A DNA stretch of 64,000 nt, taken from Alphaproteobacteria bacterium (lineage in GTDB: Bacteria > Pseudomonadota > Alphaproteobacteria > SP197). The first letter of the stretch is position 1. Every line of letters starts with the position of its first letter. Both the position numbers and the translations under genes were made by a program. Shown here piece by piece: positions 1 to 12,361 of the stretch. The notes beneath the pieces were generated by a model, which made no database searches, was not told the origin of the DNA, and was given only the letters and a program-made list of their open reading frames with translations. Location: the NCBI GenBank assembly GCA_965228895.1, contig OZ245842.1, positions 1,376,001 to 1,440,000 of the forward strand, given 5' to 3'.

Positions 1-1015
1 GTTTCTCGTTGTCGATGCCCAGCTTGTCCCGGCAGTAGATGACCTGAACCGCGAAGGCTTCGTTCAGCTCCCACAGATCGATGTCGTCGACCGTCAATCC
101 GTTGCGCTCCAGAAGTTTCGGCACGGCGTACACCGGACCGATGCCCATTTCATCCGGCTCGCAACCGGCGACCACCATGCCTTTGTAGATCGCCATCGGT
201 TCGATGCCGCGCTTAGCTGCCGCGGAGGCCTCCATCACGACACAGGCCGAGGCGCCGTCAGACAGCTGGCTGGCATTGCCGGCGGTGATGAACTGGTCTT
301 CGCCGCGCACGGGGTCGAGGCCCTGGAGGCCCTCCAGCGTGGTCGTCGGACGGTTGCCTTCGTCCTTGTCGAGCGTCACCGCCTGTTCGCTGATCTCGCC
401 GGTCTCCTTGTCCTTGACCAGCTTGATCGATGGCAGGGGCACGATCTCGTCGTCGAACTTGCCGGCCTGTTGGCCGGCGGCCGTGCGCATCTGGCTCTGC
501 AGGGCGTATTCGTCCTGGGCCTCGCGGCTGATACCATAGCGCGCCGCGACCGTGTCGGCGGTTTCCAGCATGGACATCCAGAGCGCCGGCTTGTGCTCCA
601 TCAACCAGTCTTCGGTCGCCTTGTATTGATTCATGTGATCGTTCTGGACCAGGCTGATCTGTTCGACGCCGCCGGCGACCGCGACATCGACCTTGTCGAC
701 GACGACCCGCTGGGCGGCCGAGCTGATCGCCTGCAGGCCCGAACTGCAGAAGCGGTTGATGGTGGTCGCCGCCGTCGTCACCGGCAGGCCAGCACGGATC
801 GTTGCCAGGCGCGCGTGGTTGTGGCCGGTCGCGCCTTCGGGCAGGCCGCAGCCGATCATGACATCCTCGACTTCGGCGGGCTCGACGCCGGCGCGCTCGA
901 CCGCGTGCTCGATCACATGGCCGGTCATGGTGATGCCGTGGGTGTTGTTGAACGCGCCGCGATAGGCCTTGCCGATCGGGGTGCGGGCGGTGGAGACAAT
1001 GACGGCTTCACGCAT
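1..1015 (-). CDS. acetyl-CoA C-acyltransferase (thiolase), PimB-like; 3' end beyond window
   Basis: Not in the ORF track because it runs off the edge. Manual translation from ATG at 1015 gives [23 protein letters not shown]...[11 protein letters not shown] (catalytic Cys)...[12 protein letters not shown]...ELNEAFA. Confidence 0.93.
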   Translation of the reverse strand, partial: MREAVIVSTARTPIGKAYRGAFNNTHGITMTGHVIEHAVERAGVEPAEVEDVMIGCGLPEGATGHNHARLATIRAGLPVTTAATTINRFCSSGLQAISSAAQRVVVDKVDVAVAGGVEQISLVQNDHMNQYKATEDWLMEHKPALWMSMLETADTVAARYGISREAQDEYALQSQMRTAAGQQAGKFDDEIVPLPSIKLVKDKETGEISEQAVTLDKDEGNRPTTTLEGLQGLDPVRGEDQFITAGNASQLSDGASACVVMEASAAAKRGIEPMAIYKGMVVAGCEPDEMGIGPVYAVPKLLERNGLTVDDIDLWELNEAFAVQVIYCRDKLGIDNEK

Positions 1016-1018
1016 GGT

Positions 1019-3124
<2,106 letters not shown>

Positions 3125-3191
3125 GGGTATCTCCCGCAACTGCGAAGGTTTGTTGTGCGGTGCAGCACGCTAGAGCACGCGCACGCCGCAA

Positions 3192-4406
3192 TCAACGCCG
3201 CTGGGATGCCTGGCGACGGTATTCCTCCTTCGAGATGACCCCGCGGTGCACCTCGTCGGGACCGTCGGCGAAGCGCACCGTACGCGCGTACATCCAGGCA
3301 TGCGCCAGGAAAAAGTCCTGGCTGATGCCGGCGGCGCCATGGGCCTGAATGGCACGGTCAATCACGGTCTGCGCGACGTTAGGGGCCACCACCTTGATCA
3401 TGGAAATTTCCGAGCGCGCCTCCTTGTTGCCGACCTTGTCCATCATGTCGGCGGCTTTGAGCGTCAATAGCCGGGCCTGATCGATTTCCATGCGCGAGTT
3501 GGCGATGTCGGCGCGTATGGTGTCGCGGGTCGCGAGTGGCCGGCCGAAGGCGACGCGGTCTTCGACGCGATGGCACATGGCCTCCAGCGCACGTTCGGCC
3601 AAGCCGATCAGGCGCATGCAGTGGTGAATGCGGCCCGGCCCCAGGCGGCCTTGGGCGATCTCAAAACCGCGGCCTTCACCGAGCAACAGGTTCGTTGCCG
3701 GCACGCGCACGTCCTCAAATGTCAACTCCATATGGCCGTGCGGCGCATGATCGTTGCCGAACACGGTCATCGGTCGCACCACGGTGACGCCGGGCGTGTC
3801 CATCGGCACCAGGATCATCGATTGCTGTTTGTGCCGTTCCGCGTTCAGGTCGGTTTTTCCCATAAATATCAATATCTTGCAGCGGGGATCGCCGGACCCG
3901 GAGATCCACCACTTGCGCCCGTTGATCACGTAGTCGTCGCCATCGCGTTCGATCCGCGATTCGATGTTGGTGGCATCCGAGGAGGCGACCTGAGGTTCGG
4001 TCATGGCAAAGGCGGAGCGGATCTCGCCGGCCAGCAGCGGTTCCAGCCACTGTTTCTTCTGATCTTCGGTGCCGTAACGCTCCAGCACTTCCATGTTGCC
4101 GGTATCCGGCGCCGCGCAGTTAAAGGCCTCCGGCGCGATGAAGCTGCGGCCCATGGTTTCGCACAGCGGCGCGTATTCGAGGTTGCTGAGGCCGAAGCCC
4201 CGTTCGCTGTCGGGCAGGAACATGTTCCACAGGCCCTCGGCGCGCGCCTTCTTTTTCAGTTCCTCGATGATTGGGGGGACTTTGTTCCAACCGCCATTGC
4301 GCGCCTGGTCTTCATAGGCGTGCTCGTTGGGATAGATGTGCTCGGCCATGAAGTCGCCGATGCGTTTCGTCAGGTCCTTGACCTTGTCCGAATAGTCGAA
4401 GTCCAT
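3192..4406 (-). CDS. acyl-CoA dehydrogenase (FadE2/ACAD10-11-like)
   Basis: [35 protein letters not shown] and ADGPDEVH motifs. Confidence 0.93.
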   Translation of the reverse strand: MDFDYSDKVKDLTKRIGDFMAEHIYPNEHAYEDQARNGGWNKVPPIIEELKKKARAEGLWNMFLPDSERGFGLSNLEYAPLCETMGRSFIAPEAFNCAAPDTGNMEVLERYGTEDQKKQWLEPLLAGEIRSAFAMTEPQVASSDATNIESRIERDGDDYVINGRKWWISGSGDPRCKILIFMGKTDLNAERHKQQSMILVPMDTPGVTVVRPMTVFGNDHAPHGHMELTFEDVRVPATNLLLGEGRGFEIAQGRLGPGRIHHCMRLIGLAERALEAMCHRVEDRVAFGRPLATRDTIRADIANSRMEIDQARLLTLKAADMMDKVGNKEARSEISMIKVVAPNVAQTVIDRAIQAHGAAGISQDFFLAHAWMYARTVRFADGPDEVHRGVISKEEYRRQASQRR

Positions 4407-4466
4407 GATGTGTCCTTTGGGCGGGGGTGCCCGGTCAGGGAGGATGGGGCCGCCAGCGCGGCCTTC

Positions 4467-6101
4467 TCAGATGGTCGGCAGTTTGTGGTTTTTGAATCGT
4501 TCGCGCAGTTGCAGTTTGGAGACCTTGCCTGTCGCGGTGTGCGGCAGTTCGTCGACAAACGCGATGTCGTCGGGCATCCACCATTTGGCGACTTGGCCGT
4601 CGAGATGGTCGAGCACGCTGTCGGCCGTTAGGTCGGCACCGTCACGGCAGACGATGACCAGCATGGGCCGTTCGGTCCATTTTGGGTGGGGCATGGCAAT
4701 GGCCGCCGCCTCTTGCACGTCGGGATGCCCCATGACCACACTTTCCAAATCGATCGAACTGATCCATTCGCCGCCGGATTTGATCAGATCCTTGGTGCGG
4801 TCGGTGATTTGCAGGAGCGATTCGTCATCGATTGTCGCGACATCGCCGGTGCGAAACCAGCCATCGTCGGTGATGGCGGCCTTTGTGGCCTCGTCGTCCT
4901 TGTAATAGCCGCTAGCGATCCAGGGGCCACGGCAGACCAGTTCGCCGGAGGTTTCGCCGTCGTGGGGCAGGTCGTTGTGATCGTCGTCGAGGATGCGCAG
5001 TTCAACGCCGAAGACTCGGCGCTGTTTGCATTTGCGGGCATAACGCGTTTCCTCATCCAGTTCGTCAAATCCCGGTCCTTCACTGCCGGCCGCGCAGACC
5101 GGACTGGTCTCGGTCATGCCCCAGCCCTGGACATAGGTGACGCCATGGTCTTCCTCATAGGCCTTGATCATCGAGACCGGTGCTGCCGCACCGCCGCTGA
5201 CCAGGATAAAGCCGGGTGGCAGCTTGGCGCCGGTTTCGTTCAGGTGGTTCAACAGACCCAGCCAGATTGTCGGCACGCCCAGCGTCAGGTTAACCCGTTC
5301 GCTGTCGAACAACTCAAGAAGGCTTGGCGGGTCCAACCTAAAGCCTGGCATGACGATTTTTGCACCGCAGATTGGCGCCGCATAGGCCTGTCCCCACGCC
5401 TGAACATGGAACATGGGGACGACCGGAAGCACCGCGGTCGTGGAGTCCATGGTCAACGTGCCGGCCGCCAAAAGTCCCATGGCATGAAGCACAGTCGAAC
5501 GGTGACTAAAGAGTGCGCCTTTAGGATTGCCGGTCGTGCCGGACGTGTAGCACATGGCGGCCGCCGTGTTCTCATCGAACGATGGCCAGTCATAGGATGT
5601 CGGTTGACCTTCCAGCAGCGCTTCGTAGCACATGGCATTCTTCAGACTGGTCTCGGGCATGTGCTCCCGGTCGGTCATGATGATATAGCCTTCGACCTTT
5701 GGGAATTGATCGGCCAAGCCTTCCAGCAACTCGACCAGGTTCAGATCAAGGAAGATGAAACGGTCTTCGGCATGGTTGACGATGTATTCCAGTTGATCGT
5801 GGAACAGGCGCGGGTTGATCGTGTGGCAGACGGCGCCGATGCCCGAGATACCGTAATAGAGCTCCATGTGCCGGTAGGTGTTCCAGGCGAACGTCGCAAC
5901 GCGATCACCCGGTTTCACGCCTAGCGCGACAAGCGCGTGGGCCAGCTGTTGTGTGCGGGCATAGCAGTCTCGGTAGGTATAGCGGTGGATGGGCCCTTCT
6001 ACCGTGCGCGTCACGATTTCCTGCAGGCCGTGCGCCTGCGCCGCATGCGCCAGGATCCCCGAGATCATCAGCGGCGTATCCATCATTTGTCCGCGCAACA
6101 T
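4467..6101 (-). CDS. fatty-acid--CoA ligase (AlkK/DmdB-like)
   Basis: YTSGTTGNPKG, GWGMTET, FRTGD, IKSGGEWISS and TGKVSK adenylate-forming motifs. Confidence 0.92.
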   Translation of the reverse strand: MLRGQMMDTPLMISGILAHAAQAHGLQEIVTRTVEGPIHRYTYRDCYARTQQLAHALVALGVKPGDRVATFAWNTYRHMELYYGISGIGAVCHTINPRLFHDQLEYIVNHAEDRFIFLDLNLVELLEGLADQFPKVEGYIIMTDREHMPETSLKNAMCYEALLEGQPTSYDWPSFDENTAAAMCYTSGTTGNPKGALFSHRSTVLHAMGLLAAGTLTMDSTTAVLPVVPMFHVQAWGQAYAAPICGAKIVMPGFRLDPPSLLELFDSERVNLTLGVPTIWLGLLNHLNETGAKLPPGFILVSGGAAAPVSMIKAYEEDHGVTYVQGWGMTETSPVCAAGSEGPGFDELDEETRYARKCKQRRVFGVELRILDDDHNDLPHDGETSGELVCRGPWIASGYYKDDEATKAAITDDGWFRTGDVATIDDESLLQITDRTKDLIKSGGEWISSIDLESVVMGHPDVQEAAAIAMPHPKWTERPMLVIVCRDGADLTADSVLDHLDGQVAKWWMPDDIAFVDELPHTATGKVSKLQLRERFKNHKLPTI

Positions 6102-6233
6102 GGTGCTTTTGCCTCCCCAGGCTCATTTCATTTTCACGAATGATAACGCCGTGGGACCCAACTTCCAGGCTCATCAAACGTAATTTCTCCGATTTCACTT
6201 CTGGTTTACGCTGGCTCAGGGAGGCCCGTAGCC

Positions 6234-7541
6234 ATGCCTGATCACCTTCTGACCGACGACTTCAAGGAAACGCCGTTCTGGTGGGATGCGGCACCCAGGC
6301 CGGAATCGGCCGATCGCACACCGCCCGCCAAAGCCGACGTGGTGGTGGTCGGGTCCGGCAACGTCGGTTTGGCCGCGGCCCTGACCCTGGCGCGCGCCGG
6401 GCGCGACGTGGTCGTGTTGGACGCCGAGGCTCTGGGCCATGGCGGATCATCGCGCAATGCCGGCTATATCGGCCGTACGCTGTGGTTCAAATATCCGGCG
6501 CTGAAGCAGAAACTGGGGACCGAGGCGGCCAAGACTCTGACCGAGGCGGCGGGGCGCGCCCATGACTTCGTCGCCGAGACGATCGAGCGCGAGCAGATCG
6601 CCTGCCACTTCATCGACAACGGCCGGTTCATTCCCGCCGTCACGCAGACGGTCTATTGCAAGATGGAAAAAGAGCTCCAGGACATGCTCGACGACGGCGT
6701 GGAGACGGAGAGCTGGATGGTGCCGCGAGAGCGCCAGCGCGAAGAACTGGGATCCGACCTTTATCACGGCGGTCAGGTGCTGTGCGGCACGGGCCAACTG
6801 CATCCCGGACTGTACCACCAGGGTCTGCTGGAACGCGTGCAATCCCAGGGCGCGACGACAATCGGATACTGCCCGGCGACCGGTATTCGCCGTGAAGGCG
6901 CCAGGTTTACCGTCGCGACGCCGAAGGGCGATATCGATGCCGGCCATGTCATTCTCGCGACCAACGGCTATACGCAAAAGGCAACGCCATGGTTGCGGCG
7001 TCGTCTGGTGCCGGCCCCCGCCTATATGGTCGCAACCGAACCGTTGCCACCCGAGACCATGAAGGCGTTGTTTCCGAACTACCGCACGATGATCGAAAAC
7101 TGTTACAGCCCCTCATGGGCGCGCCCGTCCCATGACGGGACGAGGCTTCTGTTTGGCGGCGGGACGGGCGTGAAACGTGCGTCGCTCAAGCAAAAGGCTC
7201 ACGATCTTCATGCCGGCATGGTCAGGGTCTTTCCGCAGCTTGCCGACACCAGGCTCAGCCATTGCTGGACCGGCAATGTCGCGTTCACCTTCGACCTGTT
7301 GCCCCATATAGGCGAGCATGACGGTGTGCATCATGCGACCGGATTTTGTGCTGCCGGGGTGCCGTTGGGCACCTATATGGGTCACAAAACGGCGCAGAGA
7401 ATCCTCGGCGATCCGGATTCCGCCACGCCGTTCGACGGCCAACCGTTCCCGACCAAACCGTTCTATACCGGCAACCCGTGGTTCCTGCCGCTGGTTATCG
7501 CCTACTTCAACTACATGGACCGCAAGCTCCGGCGTTCCTAA
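6234..7541 (+). CDS. FAD-dependent oxidoreductase (DAO/PuuB-like amine oxidase)
   Basis: VVGSGNVG FAD site, GGSSRNAG, ATNGYT, CWTGNVAFTFDLLPHIG; GGAGG RBS. Confidence 0.85.
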   Translation: MPDHLLTDDFKETPFWWDAAPRPESADRTPPAKADVVVVGSGNVGLAAALTLARAGRDVVVLDAEALGHGGSSRNAGYIGRTLWFKYPALKQKLGTEAAKTLTEAAGRAHDFVAETIEREQIACHFIDNGRFIPAVTQTVYCKMEKELQDMLDDGVETESWMVPRERQREELGSDLYHGGQVLCGTGQLHPGLYHQGLLERVQSQGATTIGYCPATGIRREGARFTVATPKGDIDAGHVILATNGYTQKATPWLRRRLVPAPAYMVATEPLPPETMKALFPNYRTMIENCYSPSWARPSHDGTRLLFGGGTGVKRASLKQKAHDLHAGMVRVFPQLADTRLSHCWTGNVAFTFDLLPHIGEHDGVHHATGFCAAGVPLGTYMGHKTAQRILGDPDSATPFDGQPFPTKPFYTGNPWFLPLVIAYFNYMDRKLRRS

Positions 7542-9121
7542 CCCAGGTCGATGCGCCGCTCGATCCGGATCGCCGAAAGAAAGTCCTCGTCGTGGCTTGC
7601 AACCAGCAGCGCGCCGTCATAGTCGGCAAGTGCGGCCTCGATGACCTCGATAGAGGTGAGATCCAGGTGGTTCGTCGGTTCGTCGAGGACGATCAACTGT
7701 GGTGCTTCATGGCCGCCCAACACGACAGCCAACGCGGCCCGCAGGCGTTCGCCGCCACTCAGGTTTCCGACCCGCTTCAGGGCGTCATCGTTCCGAAAAA
7801 GAAAGCGCGCCAGCATGGTCCGCGCGGCATTCTCCGGTTGCTCGGGATTGAGATGGCGAAAGTTCTCCAGGATCGTGGACGAGGGGTCGAGAAGGGCGAC
7901 GTTCTGATCGAGCATGACGATCCGGCATCCCCGACGGACAGAGCCCTGATCGGGTTTCAGGTCACCGGCGACCAGGCGGAGCAGGGTCGACTTGCCGGCG
8001 CCGTTCGGCCCGATGACGGCGATCCGTTCGGGTCCCACGAGCGTGAGTGACAGGTCGGACAGGACGGACTTGCCGTCGGGTGTCCGCCAGGAAACATCGT
8101 CCATAGCAAGCAGGCGTTTGTTCGACGGCGTGTTCGATGGCGGCAGCGTAAGGCTAAGGGACTTGAAAACCTCGACGTCTTCGCGTGCGGCGTTGACCGC
8201 TGCCGTGGCATCGTCACGCTTACGCGTTGAGAGGTTGGCGCCGCGATCCATCGCTTGTTCGCTCTTCTCCTTCTTGAAGTCGTAGGCCGACTTCGAGTGG
8301 CTTCGGCTGGTTCGCTCGTGGCGACCGCGACTGTCGCTGCGTGCTTTGCGTTCGCTAGCTTTCTGAATGTCCCGGTTGACCTGGACCAACGTGCGTTCGG
8401 CTGTGGCCAAACGGTGCTCAGCGGCGTCGCGCTCCTCGGCCTTGCGCTCGGCATAGAGATCCCAGTTGCCGCCGTAGACCTTGGCTCCGAGACCGGACAG
8501 TTCGACGATGCGGTCCATCCTGCGCAACAGCTTGCGGTCATGGCTGACAACCACAGCGCCACCTTTCCAGGCGCCTAGCATGTCGGCGACGATTGCGCGT
8601 CCACCCCGGTCCAGATTGTTGGTGGGTTCGTCGAGCAGCAACAAGTCGGGTTCGGCGAACATCAGAGCCGCCAGCGCGGCGCGGGTGGCTTGGCCGCCAC
8701 TTAAGGTCGCGAGTTGACGGTCGAGCGCGATATCGGCGAGGCCCGCATCAGCTAGCGCCGCCATGGCGCGCGGTTCGAGACTCCAGTCCGCGTCGTCCAG
8801 ATCGCCGTCTCGGGCTTCACCCGCCTCGATACGGGCAAGCCGCTCCAGGTCGTCAGCGACGCAAAACGCATCGGCGATTGTCTGATCCGGTGGCGGGCCG
8901 CTTCTTTGATGAAGCATGCTGACGCTGCCCGTCACCGTGACGGTTCCGCTAGCCGGTGCGATCGCGCCAGCCACGATGTTCAGTAACGTGGTCTTGCCGA
9001 TCCCGTTTCGGCCGATCAGGCCGGATCGTTCGGCACCAAACGCAAGGTTGATGTTATCGAGGAGCGGGGACCCGTCAGGCGTTGACCAGGAGACGTTTCT
9101 CAGTTCGATATGGGAGGGCAT
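7538..9121 (-). CDS. ABC-F family ATPase (two NBDs, no TM domain)
   Basis: GRNGIGKT/LSGGQ/LDEPTN and GPNGAGKS/LSGGE/LDEPTNHLD with a long charged linker. Start is uncertain (9121, 9148 or 9157). Confidence 0.88.
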   Translation of the reverse strand: MPSHIELRNVSWSTPDGSPLLDNINLAFGAERSGLIGRNGIGKTTLLNIVAGAIAPASGTVTVTGSVSMLHQRSGPPPDQTIADAFCVADDLERLARIEAGEARDGDLDDADWSLEPRAMAALADAGLADIALDRQLATLSGGQATRAALAALMFAEPDLLLLDEPTNNLDRGGRAIVADMLGAWKGGAVVVSHDRKLLRRMDRIVELSGLGAKVYGGNWDLYAERKAEERDAAEHRLATAERTLVQVNRDIQKASERKARSDSRGRHERTSRSHSKSAYDFKKEKSEQAMDRGANLSTRKRDDATAAVNAAREDVEVFKSLSLTLPPSNTPSNKRLLAMDDVSWRTPDGKSVLSDLSLTLVGPERIAVIGPNGAGKSTLLRLVAGDLKPDQGSVRRGCRIVMLDQNVALLDPSSTILENFRHLNPEQPENAARTMLARFLFRNDDALKRVGNLSGGERLRAALAVVLGGHEAPQLIVLDEPTNHLDLTSIEVIEAALADYDGALLVASHDEDFLSAIRIERRIDLG

Positions 9122-9182
9122 GGCAACACGATGCGTGATGGACGACATGGGTTTCACAGGTCTGCATCGTCTTGCACAACAT
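9075..9182 (-). promoter_or_regulatory. putative leader uORF (35 aa) and inverted repeat upstream of the ABC-F gene
   Basis: AAGGGAG-N6-ATG at 9182 opens MLCKTMQTCETHVVHHASCCHALPYRTEKRLLVNA*. GCAAGACGATGC pairs with GCATCGTGTTGC immediately before ATG 9121. Confidence 0.45.
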
Positions 9183-9263
9183 CGGCCGCTCCCTTGTCTC
9201 TGAGCACGTGAGTCCGAACGGACTGACTACATGGTTAGCCGTTGTCGGTCAAATCAGCGCCAC

Positions 9264-10208
9264 TTATCGGCCGAGTTGACGCAACGCGCGTATCTGGACC
9301 GCCAACACACCGGCCATGATGACAAGGCCGCCGATGAGGTGAAACAAGGTCGGCCGGGCACCAAATGCCATGGCGATCAAAACAGCGATCACGGGCACGA
9401 AGTTGACGTAGATCGCCATCATGGTGACGCCGAGACGACTGACCCCGGTGTGCCATGTCAGATTGCCAATCCCGATCGGCACGATGCCGATGAAGAGCGC
9501 CAGGGCTATCGTGGTGACGTTGATCGGCAGGTGGACGTCGTAGAGACCTGTTGTTGCCAAAACGATAACGATGCCGGTCAGGATGAGGCCGCCGGGCAGC
9601 ATGGAGAAGGCGGCGATCTCAAGCTGGCTGAAACCTTTCAGCCTGCGCTGGCATGCGACCGAATACCATGTCCAGCAGATCAGGCTCAGCACCATGAACC
9701 CTTCACCGCCGGTAAAGCCGGCATCATCGAGGCGGCCGAGGGTCAGAATCACGCCGCCGACACACGCGAACATGATGCCGATGACGATGCCCGGCTGCAG
9801 CGGTACGCGAAACGCGACCCATGACGTCACCGCCGCGATAATCGGGCCGGTCGCATAGATGATGGCGACCGCGACGGAACCGGCGAGCGACACCGCGAGC
9901 GTCGTCAACGTCGACGAGCAGACGGGACCAAAGAACCCCAGCATGATCATGTGGCGCCATGGCAGGGTGCGGCGTAGCGGAAACTGACGTTGCCGCACCG
10001 CAAGCAACGTCAACAGGGCGATAGAGCCGATCAATTGGCGCGCCGCGGTCGTCGAAAAGATGTCCCAATGACGGAGCAGCTGCTCGACGAGCGGAAAGAT
10101 CGTGCCCCATACAAGGATGGTAACCAACGCCGCGCCGTTACCGATCAGGAGGTCGCGGCGTTCCGGGGCCTGTGCGTTATCTGGTTCGCCGTTTGACACG
10201 GGAGACAA
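9264..10208 (-). CDS. DMT/EamA family transporter
   Basis: About 10 hydrophobic segments with two EamA-like halves (WG motif, W-YSV); TTG start, exact start uncertain. Confidence 0.85.
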   Translation of the reverse strand: MSPVSNGEPDNAQAPERRDLLIGNGAALVTILVWGTIFPLVEQLLRHWDIFSTTAARQLIGSIALLTLLAVRQRQFPLRRTLPWRHMIMLGFFGPVCSSTLTTLAVSLAGSVAVAIIYATGPIIAAVTSWVAFRVPLQPGIVIGIMFACVGGVILTLGRLDDAGFTGGEGFMVLSLICWTWYSVACQRRLKGFSQLEIAAFSMLPGGLILTGIVIVLATTGLYDVHLPINVTTIALALFIGIVPIGIGNLTWHTGVSRLGVTMMAIYVNFVPVIAVLIAMAFGARPTLFHLIGGLVIMAGVLAVQIRALRQLGR

Positions 10209-10217
10209 GTGGTGCGG

Positions 10218-12260
10218 CTAAAGGGCGACGCGATCCCGCTTCACGACGTCATTGCCGTCAAGTGTCCGTGCATAGAGATGCCCGGCATGCACCGCCGCGG
10301 CGATCAAGCCCGGTGCGTCGCAATCGCCGATATGGCTGGCCGAGCGTATGCCCGCATCGCCGAACGCTTGCTGACGATCCATGAGATCCCGGTAGAGACT
10401 GTCATTCGGCTTGCGGCCCGTCACGTTGACAAGTGTGGCGCACGGCAAACTCTGTTCGCGTCCGCTGAACGCGCAGGCGATGACCGCCACGCCGTTGGCG
10501 ACAGACTGTAGGGTGTGCGACGTCACGACATTGATGCCAAGTTCCAAGACGCGCGACTGGATTCGGTCTTGGTCAAGGGTGCCGTGAGCCATGCTGGACA
10601 CCACACCATCGCTGGTCACCAATGTGGTCTCATGACCTCCGCTTCTAAGTGCCTCTGCGACCACACCGCCCATGTAGAAGTTGTCGTCGTCGTAGACCAC
10701 GATCGGTCCGCTGACGGGTGCACCCGCCATGATGTCGTCGGGTGTCAGGACGTTCGCCTTGTCCCAGCCGTCAATGGTCCGGTGGCTCGACCGGCCGACG
10801 CCGTCCTGCCGCCAGCGCGCGCCTGTCGCAATGCAGACGTGATCAAAGCCGAATTCCAGAATCTGATCGGCGTCGAGTTCGCTGTCGCGGTAGACCTCGA
10901 CATGGCCGAGTTGCTCGATTTGATAGGTCCGGTAATCGCGCACGCGGCTCCACGCGGACAGGCCGGGCAGGGCGGATTCCTTCGTCACCCGGCCGCCTAG
11001 CTCGCTTGTCGCCTCGGCCAGCGCCACGTCGTAACCCCGGTCGGCGAGCGCCCGCGTCGCTTCCAATCCAGCGGGACCGGCGCCGACGACGAGAACTTTG
11101 GTGTCGCTCGCCCTTTTTGTGATGGTCTCGGGGTGCCAGTCGCGGCGCCATTCCTCGCCCATGGTCGGGTTCTGTGTACAGCGGATCGGCGCGCCGTGAC
11201 CGTCGCCCATGATGCAGACGTTGCAGCCGATGCACTCGCGGATGTCTTCGATGCGGCCTTCCTCGATTTTCTTGGGCAGGTAGGGGTCGGCGATGGACGG
11301 ACGGGCCGCGCCAATCATGTCCATGATGCCCTTGTTGACCACGCTCACCATGCGATCGGCGCTGGTATAGCGGCCGACGCCGACGACCGGTTTGGTCGTC
11401 ACCTGTTTGACGAAGTCGATATAGCCTTCCTGATGACCTTCCTCGGCAAATCGCGAGGTCCGGGCGTCCGCCGGGAAGTTGGCGATGTTGACGTCCCAGA
11501 GGTCCGGCACCTCGGCGAGGTACTCGACGAGCGCCCTGCCATCGCCATCCTTGGTTACGCCGGCATCGACATCCAGGTTGTCGACGGCAAAACGGATGAC
11601 GACGCCGCAGGTATCGCCGACGGCGTCCTTTGTGTCTTCCAGCAGTTCCTTGATCAAACGCGCGCGGTTCTCAAAGCTGCCGCCGTACTCGTCGCTGCGC
11701 TGATTCTGTACCGGTGACAGGAACTGGGCCGGCAGATAACCGTGGGCGGCGTAGACGTAAACGATATCGAAACCGGCTTCCTTCGACCGCAGCGCGGCCT
11801 CCCGATGCCAGCGGCGGAAGTTTTTGATATCGGTCTTGTCCATGGCGCGGGTCTGGTTGGCGCCGTGCCATGTCGGTACGCTGTCTGGACCGAGCGACGG
11901 TGCACGGCTCAAATGGTTGGCCGTGGAGTAGCCGCCATACCAAAGCTCGACGCCAGCGAGCGCACCGTGGCGATGCACGGCTTCGGTCATCGCGGCGTGG
12001 GTCTTGACGTCGGCGTCGTCCCACATGGTGCAGTAGGGATAGGGCTGATCGTCGGAACTGGGATGGATCGAACAGTACTCGGTGCACACCACACCCCAGC
12101 CGCCTTCAGCCTTGATCTCGCGCATGCGATTCAAGGTCTGCGGCATGGCAAAGCCCATGCCGGAGCAATGGGGCACCTGATAGAAGCGGTTCTTGGATGT
12201 CACCGGTCCGATAGCTACCGGCTCGAAAAGCACGTCATAGCGGGAATCGCGCGCCATCAT
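10218..12260 (-). CDS. trimethylamine/histamine dehydrogenase family iron-sulfur flavoprotein
   Basis: NRFYQVPHC (6-S-cysteinyl-FMN Cys), YVYAAHGY, CIGCNVC...CTQNP [4Fe-4S] motif, VVGAGPAG. Confidence 0.88.
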   Translation of the reverse strand: MMARDSRYDVLFEPVAIGPVTSKNRFYQVPHCSGMGFAMPQTLNRMREIKAEGGWGVVCTEYCSIHPSSDDQPYPYCTMWDDADVKTHAAMTEAVHRHGALAGVELWYGGYSTANHLSRAPSLGPDSVPTWHGANQTRAMDKTDIKNFRRWHREAALRSKEAGFDIVYVYAAHGYLPAQFLSPVQNQRSDEYGGSFENRARLIKELLEDTKDAVGDTCGVVIRFAVDNLDVDAGVTKDGDGRALVEYLAEVPDLWDVNIANFPADARTSRFAEEGHQEGYIDFVKQVTTKPVVGVGRYTSADRMVSVVNKGIMDMIGAARPSIADPYLPKKIEEGRIEDIRECIGCNVCIMGDGHGAPIRCTQNPTMGEEWRRDWHPETITKRASDTKVLVVGAGPAGLEATRALADRGYDVALAEATSELGGRVTKESALPGLSAWSRVRDYRTYQIEQLGHVEVYRDSELDADQILEFGFDHVCIATGARWRQDGVGRSSHRTIDGWDKANVLTPDDIMAGAPVSGPIVVYDDDNFYMGGVVAEALRSGGHETTLVTSDGVVSSMAHGTLDQDRIQSRVLELGINVVTSHTLQSVANGVAVIACAFSGREQSLPCATLVNVTGRKPNDSLYRDLMDRQQAFGDAGIRSASHIGDCDAPGLIAAAVHAGHLYARTLDGNDVVKRDRVAL

Positions 12261-12361
12261 GGCCCCTTGTCATCGTTCGTGGATCTGTCCGCCACAGCAT
12301 CGGGCGGCTTGGCGCGCCACGCAAGAGCTTGTCTACGCCATAAGGTGGGAAGGGGCTTAGG

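Noticed and set aside
7538-7541. 4-nt convergent stop overlaps (also 40363-40366)
   Set aside because: CTAA/TTAG overlaps are common in compact genomes; no evidence of function.
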